DNA from: Candidatus Poribacteria bacterium
GTDB taxonomy: Bacteria > Poribacteria > WGA-4E > PCPOR2b
Direction of reading: 5' to 3'
DNA: 64,000 nucleotides
Assembly: GCA_965208675.1 (NCBI GenBank)
Contig: OZ242351.1
Coordinates: 2,304,001-2,368,000, forward strand
A model generated the notes under the pieces. It was not told the DNA's origin, did not search any database, and saw nothing but the letters and a program-made list of their open reading frames with translations. Shown here one piece after another: positions 10,510 through 20,209 of the stretch. How positions within the stretch are numbered: position 1 is the stretch's first letter; every line of letters starts with the position of its first letter. Both the position numbers and the translations under genes were made by a program.

Positions 10510-11604
10510 TTAGATTGCCTCATGTGCGAAGAGTGCATCAACAAAATCGCGCGGAACAAAGTCGCGTAAATCGTCCAATTTTTCCCCGATTCCTATCAAT
10601 TTGACGGGCGCACCGATTTCCTCCTTCACGGCAATGACAATGCCGCCCTTTGCGGTACCGTCCAGCTTTGTCACGGCAACGCCTGTAACAGGCACGGTTT
10701 CGTTAAAGGTTTTCGCCTGCATAATTGCATTTTGGCCGGCTGTCCCGTCAATGACCAACAGGACTTCATGCGGGGCGTCCGGCAGCCCGCGCGACATGAC
10801 TCTCCCGATCTTGGATAGCTGATCCATCAAGGGCTTCTTCGTATGAAGCCGTCCCGCGGTATCGACGAGAAGTACATCGACCTGCCGAGCCTTCGCAGCT
10901 TGGACGGCATCAAAGACTACCGATGCAGGGTCTGAACCGTGGCTGCCTCTAATCAGTTCGCTGCCGGTGCGATTGCACCAAATTGCCAATTGATCTTCGG
11001 CAGCGGCGCGAAACGTGTCTCCTGCGGCGACGAGCACACGCTTTTCCTCGGATATGAATCGATGCGCGAGTTTACCGATTGTCGTCGTTTTGCCAGAACC
11101 GTTAACGCCCAAAATCAGAATGGTATACGGCTGCCGACCTTCGACATCAATGCCCGCTTCCGATTCTCCGAGTACATTGAGTATTTCCCCTTTGAGAATC
11201 TCTTCCAATTCAGACGGAGTTTTTAACCCCTTTGCATTGACTGCCTCCCGGACATTATTCATCAACTTTGCCGTCGTATTGACGCCGACATCGGCTTGAA
11301 TCAAGATTGCCTCGATTTCATCCAGTAAATCTTCATCAATACGGTTGCCGCTGCGCAGAAGGCTGCCAATTTGACCGAGAAGTTGACTCCGTGTTTTTGA
11401 CAGTCCCGCCTTAAGGCGGCCGAACCAGTTGCGTTCCGCATCGACCGATGAATCAGTCTGCCGTGATGATTGCGTGCCGGGCTTCTCTGGGGGTATCTCT
11501 ACCGTGTCAGGAGAATTTGCCGAATTCACGGATTCCTCCGGCACCGTCTGTGTCTGTTCTTGTGCTTCGTTTTTCTTTTTTCGTTTGAATGGGTTTTTTA
11601 ACAT
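10510..11604 (-). CDS. ftsY: Signal recognition particle receptor FtsY
   Basis: GVNGSGKTTTIGKLA, DTFRAAA, DTAGRLH, TKLDGTAKGG. Confidence 0.98.
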   Translation of the reverse strand: MLKNPFKRKKKNEAQEQTQTVPEESVNSANSPDTVEIPPEKPGTQSSRQTDSSVDAERNWFGRLKAGLSKTRSQLLGQIGSLLRSGNRIDEDLLDEIEAILIQADVGVNTTAKLMNNVREAVNAKGLKTPSELEEILKGEILNVLGESEAGIDVEGRQPYTILILGVNGSGKTTTIGKLAHRFISEEKRVLVAAGDTFRAAAEDQLAIWCNRTGSELIRGSHGSDPASVVFDAVQAAKARQVDVLLVDTAGRLHTKKPLMDQLSKIGRVMSRGLPDAPHEVLLVIDGTAGQNAIMQAKTFNETVPVTGVAVTKLDGTAKGGIVIAVKEEIGAPVKLIGIGEKLDDLRDFVPRDFVDALFAHEAI

Positions 11605-11670
11605 TGACGCCTTTCGAAATGCGCAGAATCAAATGGGATGTATTCCTCGTTAAGGACGATTGATAATCCC

Positions 11671-12075
11671 CTATTCTATTGTGACCTTGGCTTTTCGCTC
11701 CGGTCTTTCATGTAGATGTCCATGTCCGGGCAGCGCAATTCCCACTCGCACGGATGGTTTGTCGCCTTTGGGGAAAATGTGGTGGAAACACCGCGCCGGG
11801 ACATAGACAAAATCCCCCGCGGATGCCTTTACCGGCCTATCTTCGCGCCCCTCTATGACCCATTCAATCTCGCCCTCAAGCACGACCCACCACTCGTCGT
11901 AATCGTGGCAATGACGGTCGTTTATATGTCCCGGATTCTGGTAAATCACCACGCCTACCACGTGTTCTGCGAGCACCACTGGGTGGGACCAAGGCGGAGG
12001 GCCCATCATCTTCTTAATCTCTTCAAGACTGATGTTATTTAGCGTATCGCTAAGAATCGGCGTTTTCAACGGCAT
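11671..12075 (-). CDS. Cupin-domain protein
   Basis: HCHDYDEWWVVLEGE and GDFVYVPARCFHH cupin metal motifs. Confidence 0.85.
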   Translation of the reverse strand: MPLKTPILSDTLNNISLEEIKKMMGPPPWSHPVVLAEHVVGVVIYQNPGHINDRHCHDYDEWWVVLEGEIEWVIEGREDRPVKASAGDFVYVPARCFHHIFPKGDKPSVRVGIALPGHGHLHERPERKAKVTIE

Positions 12076-12127
12076 GGATTTCTACTTTGCAGATTTTAAA
12101 CATCGGCAAATTCAACCTTAAAGTAAA

Positions 12128-12203
12128 GAAGGCTGAAGGGTAGGACAAACCTTCAGCCTTCATGAGCTTATCGCTTCATTCCCGACATAACTTCGTGTCG
12201 GGA
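12128..12203. repeat. Two adjacent intergenic hairpins
   Basis: GAAGGCTGAAGG/CCTTCAGCCTTC (12-bp stem, 12128-12161) and TCCCGACA/TGTCGGGA (12180-12203). Confidence 0.6.
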
Positions 12204-12213
12204 GCGGCGAATT

Positions 12214-12807
12214 TTAGCCTTTTTCGCGGATACTAATCGTCGTGATTTTGTCGCCCGGCTCAATTTTATCTAGCACATCAAGGCCATTGACGACTTTACC
12301 GAATACTGCGTAATCACCAACAGGTTCAAGTGCGGTGAGACAGATGTAGAATTCGGAGGCGTGTGATTCTGCAACTCCATCGCCCGCCATCGCAATTATC
12401 CCTCTAACATGACCCCGATCGTTTTTCTCCAATGGAATCGTGTCAGCTACCAGAGGAGAACCCGCTTGGATGGTTTCGCCGGGATTGTCAGTGTGAAACG
12501 ACCTACCGTTGTAATATCCCAATCGGGCGTTCTTGACGAAGTTTTGTACCGTCTGAGTCGCGTCGTTGGAATAGAATTCAACTTCCATCATTCCCTTGGC
12601 TGTCTCAATCACAGCGATAGCATTGTGAATGTCAATCTGCGGCGCTTTTTTCTGCGCTGGCTGCGCACTTATTGCCGGACGCGCTTTCGGTGCGGGCGGC
12701 TCTTTTTTTTCCTCTGGGCAGCTTGCGAGAAACATGACGCACAGCGTTACGAGAAACGCCGGAGCAAAACGGCTGGTGCACATTCGGTTGCTACTGAGGC
12801 TTAACAT
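12214..12807 (-). CDS. Cyclophilin-like lipoprotein with degenerate active site
   Basis: Lipobox FLASC. Cyclophilin fold motifs IETAKG, RGIIAMA, SEFYI, YAVFGKVVNGLDV, but FHR is FHT. True start may be ATG at 12783. Confidence 0.8.
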   Translation of the reverse strand: MLSLSSNRMCTSRFAPAFLVTLCVMFLASCPEEKKEPPAPKARPAISAQPAQKKAPQIDIHNAIAVIETAKGMMEVEFYSNDATQTVQNFVKNARLGYYNGRSFHTDNPGETIQAGSPLVADTIPLEKNDRGHVRGIIAMAGDGVAESHASEFYICLTALEPVGDYAVFGKVVNGLDVLDKIEPGDKITTISIREKG

Positions 12808-13363
12808 ACTTTGACTTCACCTCCAATCGAACGGTTTTCATGCTGTCGCCAATCTCCAACAGATCGACGACATCCATGCCTTGGATTACTCGACCAAACG
12901 TTGTATATCGCCTGTCAAGATGAGGCTGCGGTTTCAGACAGATGTAAAATTGACTCCCTGCTGAATTTGGGGCGTTGGTACGCGCCATGGCGACGGTGCC
13001 TCTGAGATGAGGGCGTTGGTTCGGTAGGGTATACTCGTCAATGATGGTGTAGCCGGGGCCGCCGGTACCATCGCCACTCGGATCACCCCCCTGTACAATG
13101 TTTAAACTCTCGTTGTTTACTATGCGGTGAAATGTTAGCCCGTTGTAGAACCGTTTCTTAACCAGTTTCTTGAAGTTGCCAACGGCGACGGGCGCAGTAT
13201 TCTGATACAACTCAATGACAATCTTCCCTTTCGTCGTTCTCATCGTAACGACCTGCTCCTCTGAAGTCTCACTTTCGCCCATAATCATGGCGCAACTCGT
13301 CCACACGGATAGGGCGATCAAAAGAACGAGAACTTTAGCGGATAATAGAAGATTTCTTGGCAT
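12791..13363 (-). CDS. Cyclophilin-type peptidyl-prolyl isomerase (probable lipoprotein)
   Basis: FYNGLTFHR, QGGDP, GTGGPGY, GTVAMAR, SAGSQFYI, HLD. Start placed at ATG 13363 because the promoter at 13429-13457 leaves no leader for the longer ORF. Confidence 0.92.
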   Translation of the reverse strand: MPRNLLLSAKVLVLLIALSVWTSCAMIMGESETSEEQVVTMRTTKGKIVIELYQNTAPVAVGNFKKLVKKRFYNGLTFHRIVNNESLNIVQGGDPSGDGTGGPGYTIIDEYTLPNQRPHLRGTVAMARTNAPNSAGSQFYICLKPQPHLDRRYTTFGRVIQGMDVVDLLEIGDSMKTVRLEVKSKYVKPQ

Positions 13364-13428
13364 CAAGCCGCCTTTCACGGTTGAGAAGCGATACCGGTTT
13401 CGAAAGATGATTACTTCAATCACGCATT

Positions 13429-13457
13429 AGCATAGCAAAAGTCCGAATAAAAGTCAA
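13429..13457 (-). promoter_or_regulatory. Sigma70-type promoter for the cyclophilin genes
   Basis: TTGACT-N17-TATGCT on the minus strand. Confidence 0.6.
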
Positions 13458-13493
13458 GAATTTCGTGGCAAATTCCTCACGCGTCCTTTCCGC

Positions 13494-13522
13494 TTGATCT
13501 TTACCCGCGCTTAATGTATAAT
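13494..13522 (+). promoter_or_regulatory. Sigma70-type promoter for leuC
   Basis: TTGATC-N17-TATAAT, about 60 nt upstream of the leuC ATG. Confidence 0.6.
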
Positions 13523-13585
13523 CTCGCACGCTAAAAATACGAATGGGAACTTGACGATTGAAACACCAGGCACTAGGAGAAGCAG

Positions 13586-14989
13586 ATGAAGCCGAGAACG
13601 ATGTTTGAAAAGATTTGGGACGCCCACATCGTGCGTGAGGTACCGGGAGAAGCGACAATTCTTTATATTGACACGCATCTCGTCCACGAAGTGACCTCCC
13701 CCCAAGCGTTTGAAGGTTTGAGGCTCGCCGGAAGAAAGGTGCGGTGTCCGCATCTCACGTTTGCGACGATGGATCATAACGTACCCACAACGGACAGATC
13801 CCTCCCAATCACGGATTTGATTGCCGCCAAACAGATAGAGACGTTAGCGCAAAATTGCAGCGAATTCGGGATTACCTTATACGACCTGCATAGTACGAAA
13901 CAGGGTATCGTGCATGTAATTGGCCCTGAACTTGGGATTACACAGCCGGGAAAGACGATGGTTTGCGGCGACAGCCACACCTCGACGCACGGCGCGTTGG
14001 GGGCGCTCGCTATCGGCATTGGCACCAGTGAAATTGAGCACGTCCTCGCGACACAATGCCTTCTGCAGCAACGATCGAAGACCTTTGAAATCAATATCGA
14101 AGGGCAGCTTTCCCGCGGCGTGACAGCGAAGGATATCATTCTCTCAATAATTGGGAGAATCGGAATTGGAGGCGGCACGGGAACCGTGATTGAATATTCA
14201 GGTTCGACCATTCGTTCGTTGGGCATTGAGGAGCGGATGACGGTTTGTAATATGTCCATCGAAGCCGGTGCACGAGCCGGCATGGTCGCGCCCGATGATA
14301 CGACCTATGAATACTTGGCGGACCGCGAATTTTCACCGAAAGGAGAAGCCTTTAATCGCGCTGTCGAGCGGTGGAACAGACTGCGGACCGATGAGGGTGC
14401 GAGTTATGACAAATCCATCAGCATTGATGCAAAAACACTTGCACCCCAGGTCACGTGGGGGACCAACCCCGGTATGGTAACCGATGTGACCGGCGTTGTC
14501 CCCGATCCGGACCATATGCCGACACTCGATGAGAAAAATGCCGTCCAACGTGCGCTTGAGTACATCAATCTGACGCCCGGAACACAAATGACAGATGTTC
14601 AGGTAGACAAGGTGTTCATCGGCAGCTGTACTAATTCGCGAATCACAGATCTTCGCGCGGCGGCTGAAACGGCTAAGGGACGAAAGGTTGCCCCGACGGT
14701 AAATGCGCTTGTCGTTCCGGGATCGCAAGCGGTCAAACGGCAAGCGGAAGCGGAAGGCTTGGACGGTATCTTCCGCGCCGCCGGTTTTGAATGGCGCGAG
14801 GCGGGCTGCAGCATGTGTCTCGGCATGAATCCAGACATCCTGATGCCGGGGCAGCGATGTGCGAGCACATCGAACCGAAATTTTGAGGGCAGGCAAGGAA
14901 AAGGCGGGCGGACGCACCTCGTCAGTCCGCAGATGGCTGCGGCGGCTGCAATCGCCGGGCATTTCGTCGATGTTCGGACGTGGGAATAA
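13586..14989 (+). CDS. leuC: 3-isopropylmalate dehydratase large subunit
   Basis: [55 protein letters not shown]. Confidence 0.98.
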   Translation: MKPRTMFEKIWDAHIVREVPGEATILYIDTHLVHEVTSPQAFEGLRLAGRKVRCPHLTFATMDHNVPTTDRSLPITDLIAAKQIETLAQNCSEFGITLYDLHSTKQGIVHVIGPELGITQPGKTMVCGDSHTSTHGALGALAIGIGTSEIEHVLATQCLLQQRSKTFEINIEGQLSRGVTAKDIILSIIGRIGIGGGTGTVIEYSGSTIRSLGIEERMTVCNMSIEAGARAGMVAPDDTTYEYLADREFSPKGEAFNRAVERWNRLRTDEGASYDKSISIDAKTLAPQVTWGTNPGMVTDVTGVVPDPDHMPTLDEKNAVQRALEYINLTPGTQMTDVQVDKVFIGSCTNSRITDLRAAAETAKGRKVAPTVNALVVPGSQAVKRQAEAEGLDGIFRAAGFEWREAGCSMCLGMNPDILMPGQRCASTSNRNFEGRQGKGGRTHLVSPQMAAAAAIAGHFVDVRTWE

Positions 14990-15018
14990 CACCTATAGCC
15001 ATTTAAATTCATAATTTA

Positions 15019-15097
15019 TACACATTCAGATACCCCCCTGATAAGGGGGGCTAGGGGGGTTGACCCCTCTTTTTGATCGGATTGAAGGTAATGTGTA
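15019..15097. repeat. Intergenic palindromic element with CCCCCTGATAAGGGGG core
   Basis: 8-bp terminal IR TACACATT/AATGTGTA enclosing CCCCCCT-GATA-AGGGGGG; same core recurs at 47035-47050. Confidence 0.7.
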
Positions 15098-15168
15098 ATT
15101 TTTAGTTGCAGTGGCTATAACCGCAATTTGCAAGGTTTATCATCGGCGAGCCAATAGGAGACAGGAGT

Positions 15169-15762
15169 ATGGAACCCTTTCGAAAACACACGGGACTGTG
15201 CGTCCCGCTGAATCGAATCAACGTCGATACTGACCAAATCATCCCAAAGCAGTTTCTGAAGCGTATCGAACGTACCGGTTTTGGGGCGTATCTTTTTCAC
15301 GACTGGCGTTTTCTTGACACGGGCGAACTCAATCCGGATTTCGTTCTGAACGCACCTCGTTATCAGGGGGCAAGTATCCTAGTCGCAGGCACGAACTTTG
15401 GCTGCGGCAGCTCTCGTGAACATGCGCCGTGGGCTTTGCAAGATTACGGTTTCGCGGCGGCAATCGCGCCCTCCTTTGGCGATATATTTCGGAACAACTG
15501 CTACAAAAACGGCATCCTACCGGTCGTTTTGTCGGAGAATATTGCCGCGGATCTCATGCGGCAGATCGAGGCGACAGAGGGTTACAAGCTGACAATCAAT
15601 CTCGAAAATCAGAACGTGATTCAACCGGACGGCACCGCGCACCCGTTTGAGATTGGAGATTTTCAAAAGCAGTGCCTGCTGAACGGTTTGGACGAAATCG
15701 GTTGGACGCTGCAGTTTGAATCGTCAATTGCCGAATACGAGAGTGGAAGGGAAATCTATTAA
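15169..15762 (+). CDS. leuD: 3-isopropylmalate dehydratase small subunit
   Basis: [38 protein letters not shown]; AGGAG RBS. Confidence 0.98.
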   Translation: MEPFRKHTGLCVPLNRINVDTDQIIPKQFLKRIERTGFGAYLFHDWRFLDTGELNPDFVLNAPRYQGASILVAGTNFGCGSSREHAPWALQDYGFAAAIAPSFGDIFRNNCYKNGILPVVLSENIAADLMRQIEATEGYKLTINLENQNVIQPDGTAHPFEIGDFQKQCLLNGLDEIGWTLQFESSIAEYESGREIY

Positions 15763-16070
15763 GGGAATCTTCACTTGTCCCGCTTTCTACTAGGTTCATC
15801 GGCATCTTAATTGAAATCTTCCCGAAAAGTCAAACTACGTTTAGATACTCTCGTTCTGAATGGTTCTGGGAATCTGAGGATTCGTGCAAATCGCTACCAT
15901 CATCACATCAAATCGGAATGGTGTCCTCTGATTTGCCCAATTCCCATAGCTAGGCACCTCGTAATCTCTATTAAATTAGGCTTCTATAGAGGAACTAAGG
16001 TGCCAATCGCTTAATCGCTATAGCATGCCAATCGTGTAGCCACTCTCCACTATTTCAAAAGGAGTCTATA

Positions 16071-17078
16071 ATGAAATCTCTTGTGATTCTCGCCGTTTGT
16101 GTTTTTCTCTATAGTTGCAGCATCGTGATGCCTGCACACGCCCAAACTGCTCAACAAATTGCCCAAAACGCCTTCAATTCTACTGTACTCTTGGTCGTGG
16201 AGGATTCCAACAGTCAGCCTATCGGGTTAGGAAGCGGATTTTTTGTGAAGCCTCAGCAGATTGCAACCAATCTTCACGTCGTCGAAGGTGCTACCAGCGG
16301 ATACGCAAAATTAGTTGGTCAGAAAACAAAATACGAGATTAGGGGCATTTCTGCAATTGATGAAGAACGGGATCTGGTAATCCTAAATGTCAAAGCTTTT
16401 GGTCCTCGCCCGCTTATTTTGGGTGACAGCGACACCGCACTGGTAGGAGAAACAGTTTATGCTGTAGGCAACCCGCACGGTTTGGAAGGTACGTTTTCGC
16501 AGGGCATCATCAGCAGCATTCGAACGGTCGGAACCGACAAGCTAATTCAGCTTACCGCTCCGATTTCTCCAGGGAGCAGCGGCGGCCCCGTCCTAAATGA
16601 TAGGGGAAACGTGATAGGTGTTTCAGTTGCAACGTTCCGCAAGGGTCAAAACCTCAATTTCGCTATTCCTTCTAACTATCTGACGAAATTGATCTCGAAA
16701 GTGGGAGTTGCGAAACCATTATCGCAGAAATCAACACCCAAATCCAGACGCTCCCTCCTTGCCAATTACGGCGGTCGAAGTGTCGAAGGAGTAACCGGCG
16801 GTATGATACAGTGGCACTACATCGGCTTACGTTCCGAATACTACGGCTACAGCTTTTCCTTACGGAACCGACTTCGCGAAGATGTAAGAAATGTTCGCTG
16901 TTTTGCAATCTTCCTTGATGACCAAGGCAATCCAATTGATACTCGGGATGTGGAGTTTGCTGGAATAATTCCTGCTGGGTTAGCGAAACGAGTAACGGGG
17001 AAAACGGTTCATGAAAGTGTCAAGAACCTGACAAAACAAGTAGAGTTTAGGGTCGTAGACTTCGACATAGTGCAGTAA
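16071..17078 (+). CDS. Secreted trypsin-like (S1C) serine protease with uncharacterised C-terminal domain
   Basis: Signal peptide; GSGFFV, TNLHVV (His), DLVIL (Asp), ISPGSSGGP (Ser); no PDZ domain. Confidence 0.9.
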   Translation: MKSLVILAVCVFLYSCSIVMPAHAQTAQQIAQNAFNSTVLLVVEDSNSQPIGLGSGFFVKPQQIATNLHVVEGATSGYAKLVGQKTKYEIRGISAIDEERDLVILNVKAFGPRPLILGDSDTALVGETVYAVGNPHGLEGTFSQGIISSIRTVGTDKLIQLTAPISPGSSGGPVLNDRGNVIGVSVATFRKGQNLNFAIPSNYLTKLISKVGVAKPLSQKSTPKSRRSLLANYGGRSVEGVTGGMIQWHYIGLRSEYYGYSFSLRNRLREDVRNVRCFAIFLDDQGNPIDTRDVEFAGIIPAGLAKRVTGKTVHESVKNLTKQVEFRVVDFDIVQ

Positions 17079-17236
17079 TACAGTGGGGAGGGAATAATGG
17101 TCCCAATCTTACTTATTTACCATCAGTTTAGTCTTGATCTTGCGGACGCTTTAGCCATGAGTGTGTTTCTTCTAGATTTTAAGCGGAGGTGATACAATTT
17201 ACGGATTTTGTCGTGAGAATGGTGAGTAGCAACATT

Positions 17237-17647
17237 TTAAACATTGGGCGTGGCATTAATGTTCTGAATAGCCAAGTTTCGGTAATTAGCGGCCTCGTAA
17301 TTGTTGGGATTGATTTGCAAAACGACATCAAAATCTCGTATGGCTTCGTGGTATAAATTTAGTTGGAGTTTTGAATAGCCACGTGAAAGATAGATTTGCT
17401 CTTTAATTCGAACTTCTTCATTACCGGATTCTATACACCTATCAAAGTCCTCAATAGCATTACGATACAACTCTAGCTCCAATCTTACTGCACCCCTTGC
17501 GTTGTAATAATCACTAGAGCTAGTATCGTCTTTTGTTGCTGTCAGAATCCATAGATGGAGGATGCTGTCTTCTATATCCTTGTTTATAATTCGGTCAAAG
17601 AGTCGGCGGGTGTTTTCATCTAAGTCTACAATTTGTTCATATGTCAT
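17237..17647 (-). CDS. TPR-repeat protein
   Basis: YYNARG..LELYRNAIEDFDRCI and YLSRG..LNLYHEAIRDFDVVLQINP repeats. Confidence 0.8.
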   Translation of the reverse strand: MTYEQIVDLDENTRRLFDRIINKDIEDSILHLWILTATKDDTSSSDYYNARGAVRLELELYRNAIEDFDRCIESGNEEVRIKEQIYLSRGYSKLQLNLYHEAIRDFDVVLQINPNNYEAANYRNLAIQNINATPNV

Positions 17648-18270
17648 TATAGATGCTCCTCTTCTTAGTTGAAATATTTAGCGTCGGATTGGATTCGAGC
17701 CAAACGAAGTGGGTATTTGATAAGTTGTTTGTCTGCAGATTCGCAATCATGCAACCGTATTAATGTATGAAAAGGGCAATCGCGCTAGTTGTGCTTTAGT
17801 GAATCCCAACTTTTTTCTGTTTGTGCTAGTGATGGCGTCGAATGTTACGTGTTTGGCTTTTGAAATTATCTAATCGTTCCACGGGATTTAGAAACGTGGG
17901 GTGTCGCCATTGGTTCAATCCAACCTACAATCAACTCAATGAAAGAACCGACAAGGTTTCCCCACCGTGGGAGAGGCGCCCTCGCCTCGATAGTCGGGAG
18001 AGTAATCTCCCTTCGACCGTGTAGTTCCGTGTGACTTTGCCGACTTTTAAGAAACTATGAGTAATGAGAGGCTTGTATTGAAGGGGGCCGGCTCATTCAC
18101 CCGCAATCAATCCGACATCTTCTTGACTAATACAGTATTTTACAGAAATCGGTTTCCCCTCATTCCTTTCACACGCACCTGACAGGAAATACTGTGAGTT
18201 CACTGATTATCGTGGATTGGTGTGATTGTTTCAAACACAGGAAATCAGCCAGATTGTTAAACGCTGAGGA

Positions 18271-19161
18271 TTATTCAGTTTCATTTTGCATCCCATCTTC
18301 AAGAATCGCTATCGCCTTAAACACGGTGCGAATATAGTCGCGAAATGCCTTCAAATAACTTTCTTGTTCGTTGTCATCTTGCCAGTCTTGCGGAAAGCTC
18401 TCGGGGTCAGGGTGACCAGCATCATTCCGATTTCGACGTTATATCTGGGCTATTCCCTCCAATTTATCCTTCAGCCTACGCCGAAACTTCGAATCTGCAT
18501 TTGACGCGAAAATCACGTCAATGTTCTCTGACAAATGGCGCGTTAACGCTGAAATATTTCGCTGCTTATCAATATCCCCCCACCGTCTATCACCATGGTT
18601 AATGATGGCGTCTGCTAGACACTTTATCGCTCTCTCAGACGCCACCCCTAGGACTATTACCGATGAAATGTAGAAACCGTGTTGGCAAGTTTGTAGGCTT
18701 TCCAAATAGCAACGCTGAACAACAGGGTCGAGGTTTGGTATTTCCGTTATGACCTTGTTGACAAATTCTTGTGCGCCATCAATAGAAATCTGTGTTTCAT
18801 CCTCAAGGGTTGCCGTTTCGCCATCGGAAGTAAGTTGGACGCGCGGCCATTCGTTTGGACTTCTCGGCATTCCATCCATCAACAATCCTCGATGCCTAAG
18901 TAGTGCTATGGCTTCGGAAAATTTCCGATTAAAACTTGGGTCTTTTACTTCATGCTGCGGTTTGTTTTCTGGGCAGATTTGGTACTGTAGATGGGCCAAA
19001 GACCATGACTCTACATCGTCATCGCTGAATTGATGGCGAGAGCTGCCGGCTCGCGCCCTTTCTACGAAAAACTTTAGATAACGGAGGATGTGCCTCGCAA
19101 GTTCAGGAACGCTAATCTTCTCTCTCCGTTCTGGATCCAAAAAAGGTTCTTCGCTTGGCAT
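18271..19161 (-). pseudogene. wHTH plus HEPN-like protein interrupted by an in-frame TAA
   Basis: TAA at 18439-18441; frame continues RRNRNDAGHPDPESF...ETE to a stop at 18271-18273, supplying an Rx4H motif (RNDAGH). Confidence 0.7.
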
Positions 19162-19242
19162 TCTAAACGTTCCTTTATTGAAAAAGTGTCGTGATACTCA
19201 ACGATGATGTTTAGCCTCTGTTTACTTCTCAATGACGTTACT

Positions 19243-19797
19243 CTACTCGAAAACGGGAATTCCCATTTTATCCAACGTCATATGAATTGAATGCTGCCAT
19301 AAATTTGACCTTCTATTGATGCTTCGAGAATTTAACACGTCAATTTCGGTGACAACTGCTAGAATTTCCATTGATTCCTTTTTAGTAAATTTAACTTGTT
19401 GCTCAGGGGTCGTGAAGGTTTGCACTATGTAATCGGCAGTAATTTCGTCGAACGCAAAATATCTTTCGGTTACTTTTGCCTCCGCGGATCTAATTGCTTG
19501 AGCACCAGATCCTTGTATGCCTTCCGCTCCGTGAACTCCTTTCTCCGTCATGACTTCTTTTGTAACGGGCCGGGCGACGACCTTGACTCCTGCGCTGATA
19601 ATTGCATTCTCGATCTCATTTGCAAACCAAACTTCATGAGAATAATTGTTAGCTGGAATAACAACAAACGATGGATATTTTGGCACATTACGAAGGACTA
19701 CATATTGCGTTTTTCCGCAACTCGATAAAGCAAATGATAAAAAAACGACAATTAACGCTTTTATCGGTGTTCTTAGTTTCAATCTATCGATCTCCAA
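19243..19797 (-). CDS. Hypothetical lipoprotein
   Basis: Lipobox ALSSC after a hydrophobic stretch; 184 aa. Confidence 0.6.
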   Translation of the reverse strand: MEIDRLKLRTPIKALIVVFLSFALSSCGKTQYVVLRNVPKYPSFVVIPANNYSHEVWFANEIENAIISAGVKVVARPVTKEVMTEKGVHGAEGIQGSGAQAIRSAEAKVTERYFAFDEITADYIVQTFTTPEQQVKFTKKESMEILAVVTEIDVLNSRSINRRSNLWQHSIHMTLDKMGIPVFE

Positions 19798-20055
19798 TTT
19801 TACGTAAATTTAATTTGGATTAGTGAAACATACTCCCCGAATGAAAATGCCACATCGGAGTCACATGATAATTCCTCTGCGCTTAAGGCATCATTGACCA
19901 GGTTAAAGTCAATGACACTAAACTCTACTTTCGTGGGGGCACTCATTTTCCAAATTGTGCTTTCAGATTTAGGACACTTACATGACGATTTTTTTAGCAT
20001 ATCAATTGAGTAAAATGAAAATCCATGAGAAATCGCACACAGACGGGGAAGGCGA

Positions 20056-20110
20056 GTGAAACCCAACACTTGAGAGTGATTAGTTGGTGAGATTGGGTGT
20101 TGGGTTTCAC
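20056..20110. repeat. REP-like inverted repeat (AACCCAAC family)
   Basis: Perfect 14-bp IR GTGAAACCCAACAC/GTGTTGGGTTTCAC. Confidence 0.75.
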
Positions 20111-20209
20111 GGTAGAAGCATGCTAAAACACCGTTGTTGAAAGCCAGAGGCTTTATTGTTGTTTATGGAGATTTGCTTTTTTCCAATCAATTCAACCTCT
20201 GGCGAAAAT

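Noticed and set aside
13523-13585. Leucine attenuator or T-box before leuC
   Set aside because: Leader is only about 60 nt, with no Leu-rich peptide or T-box motif.
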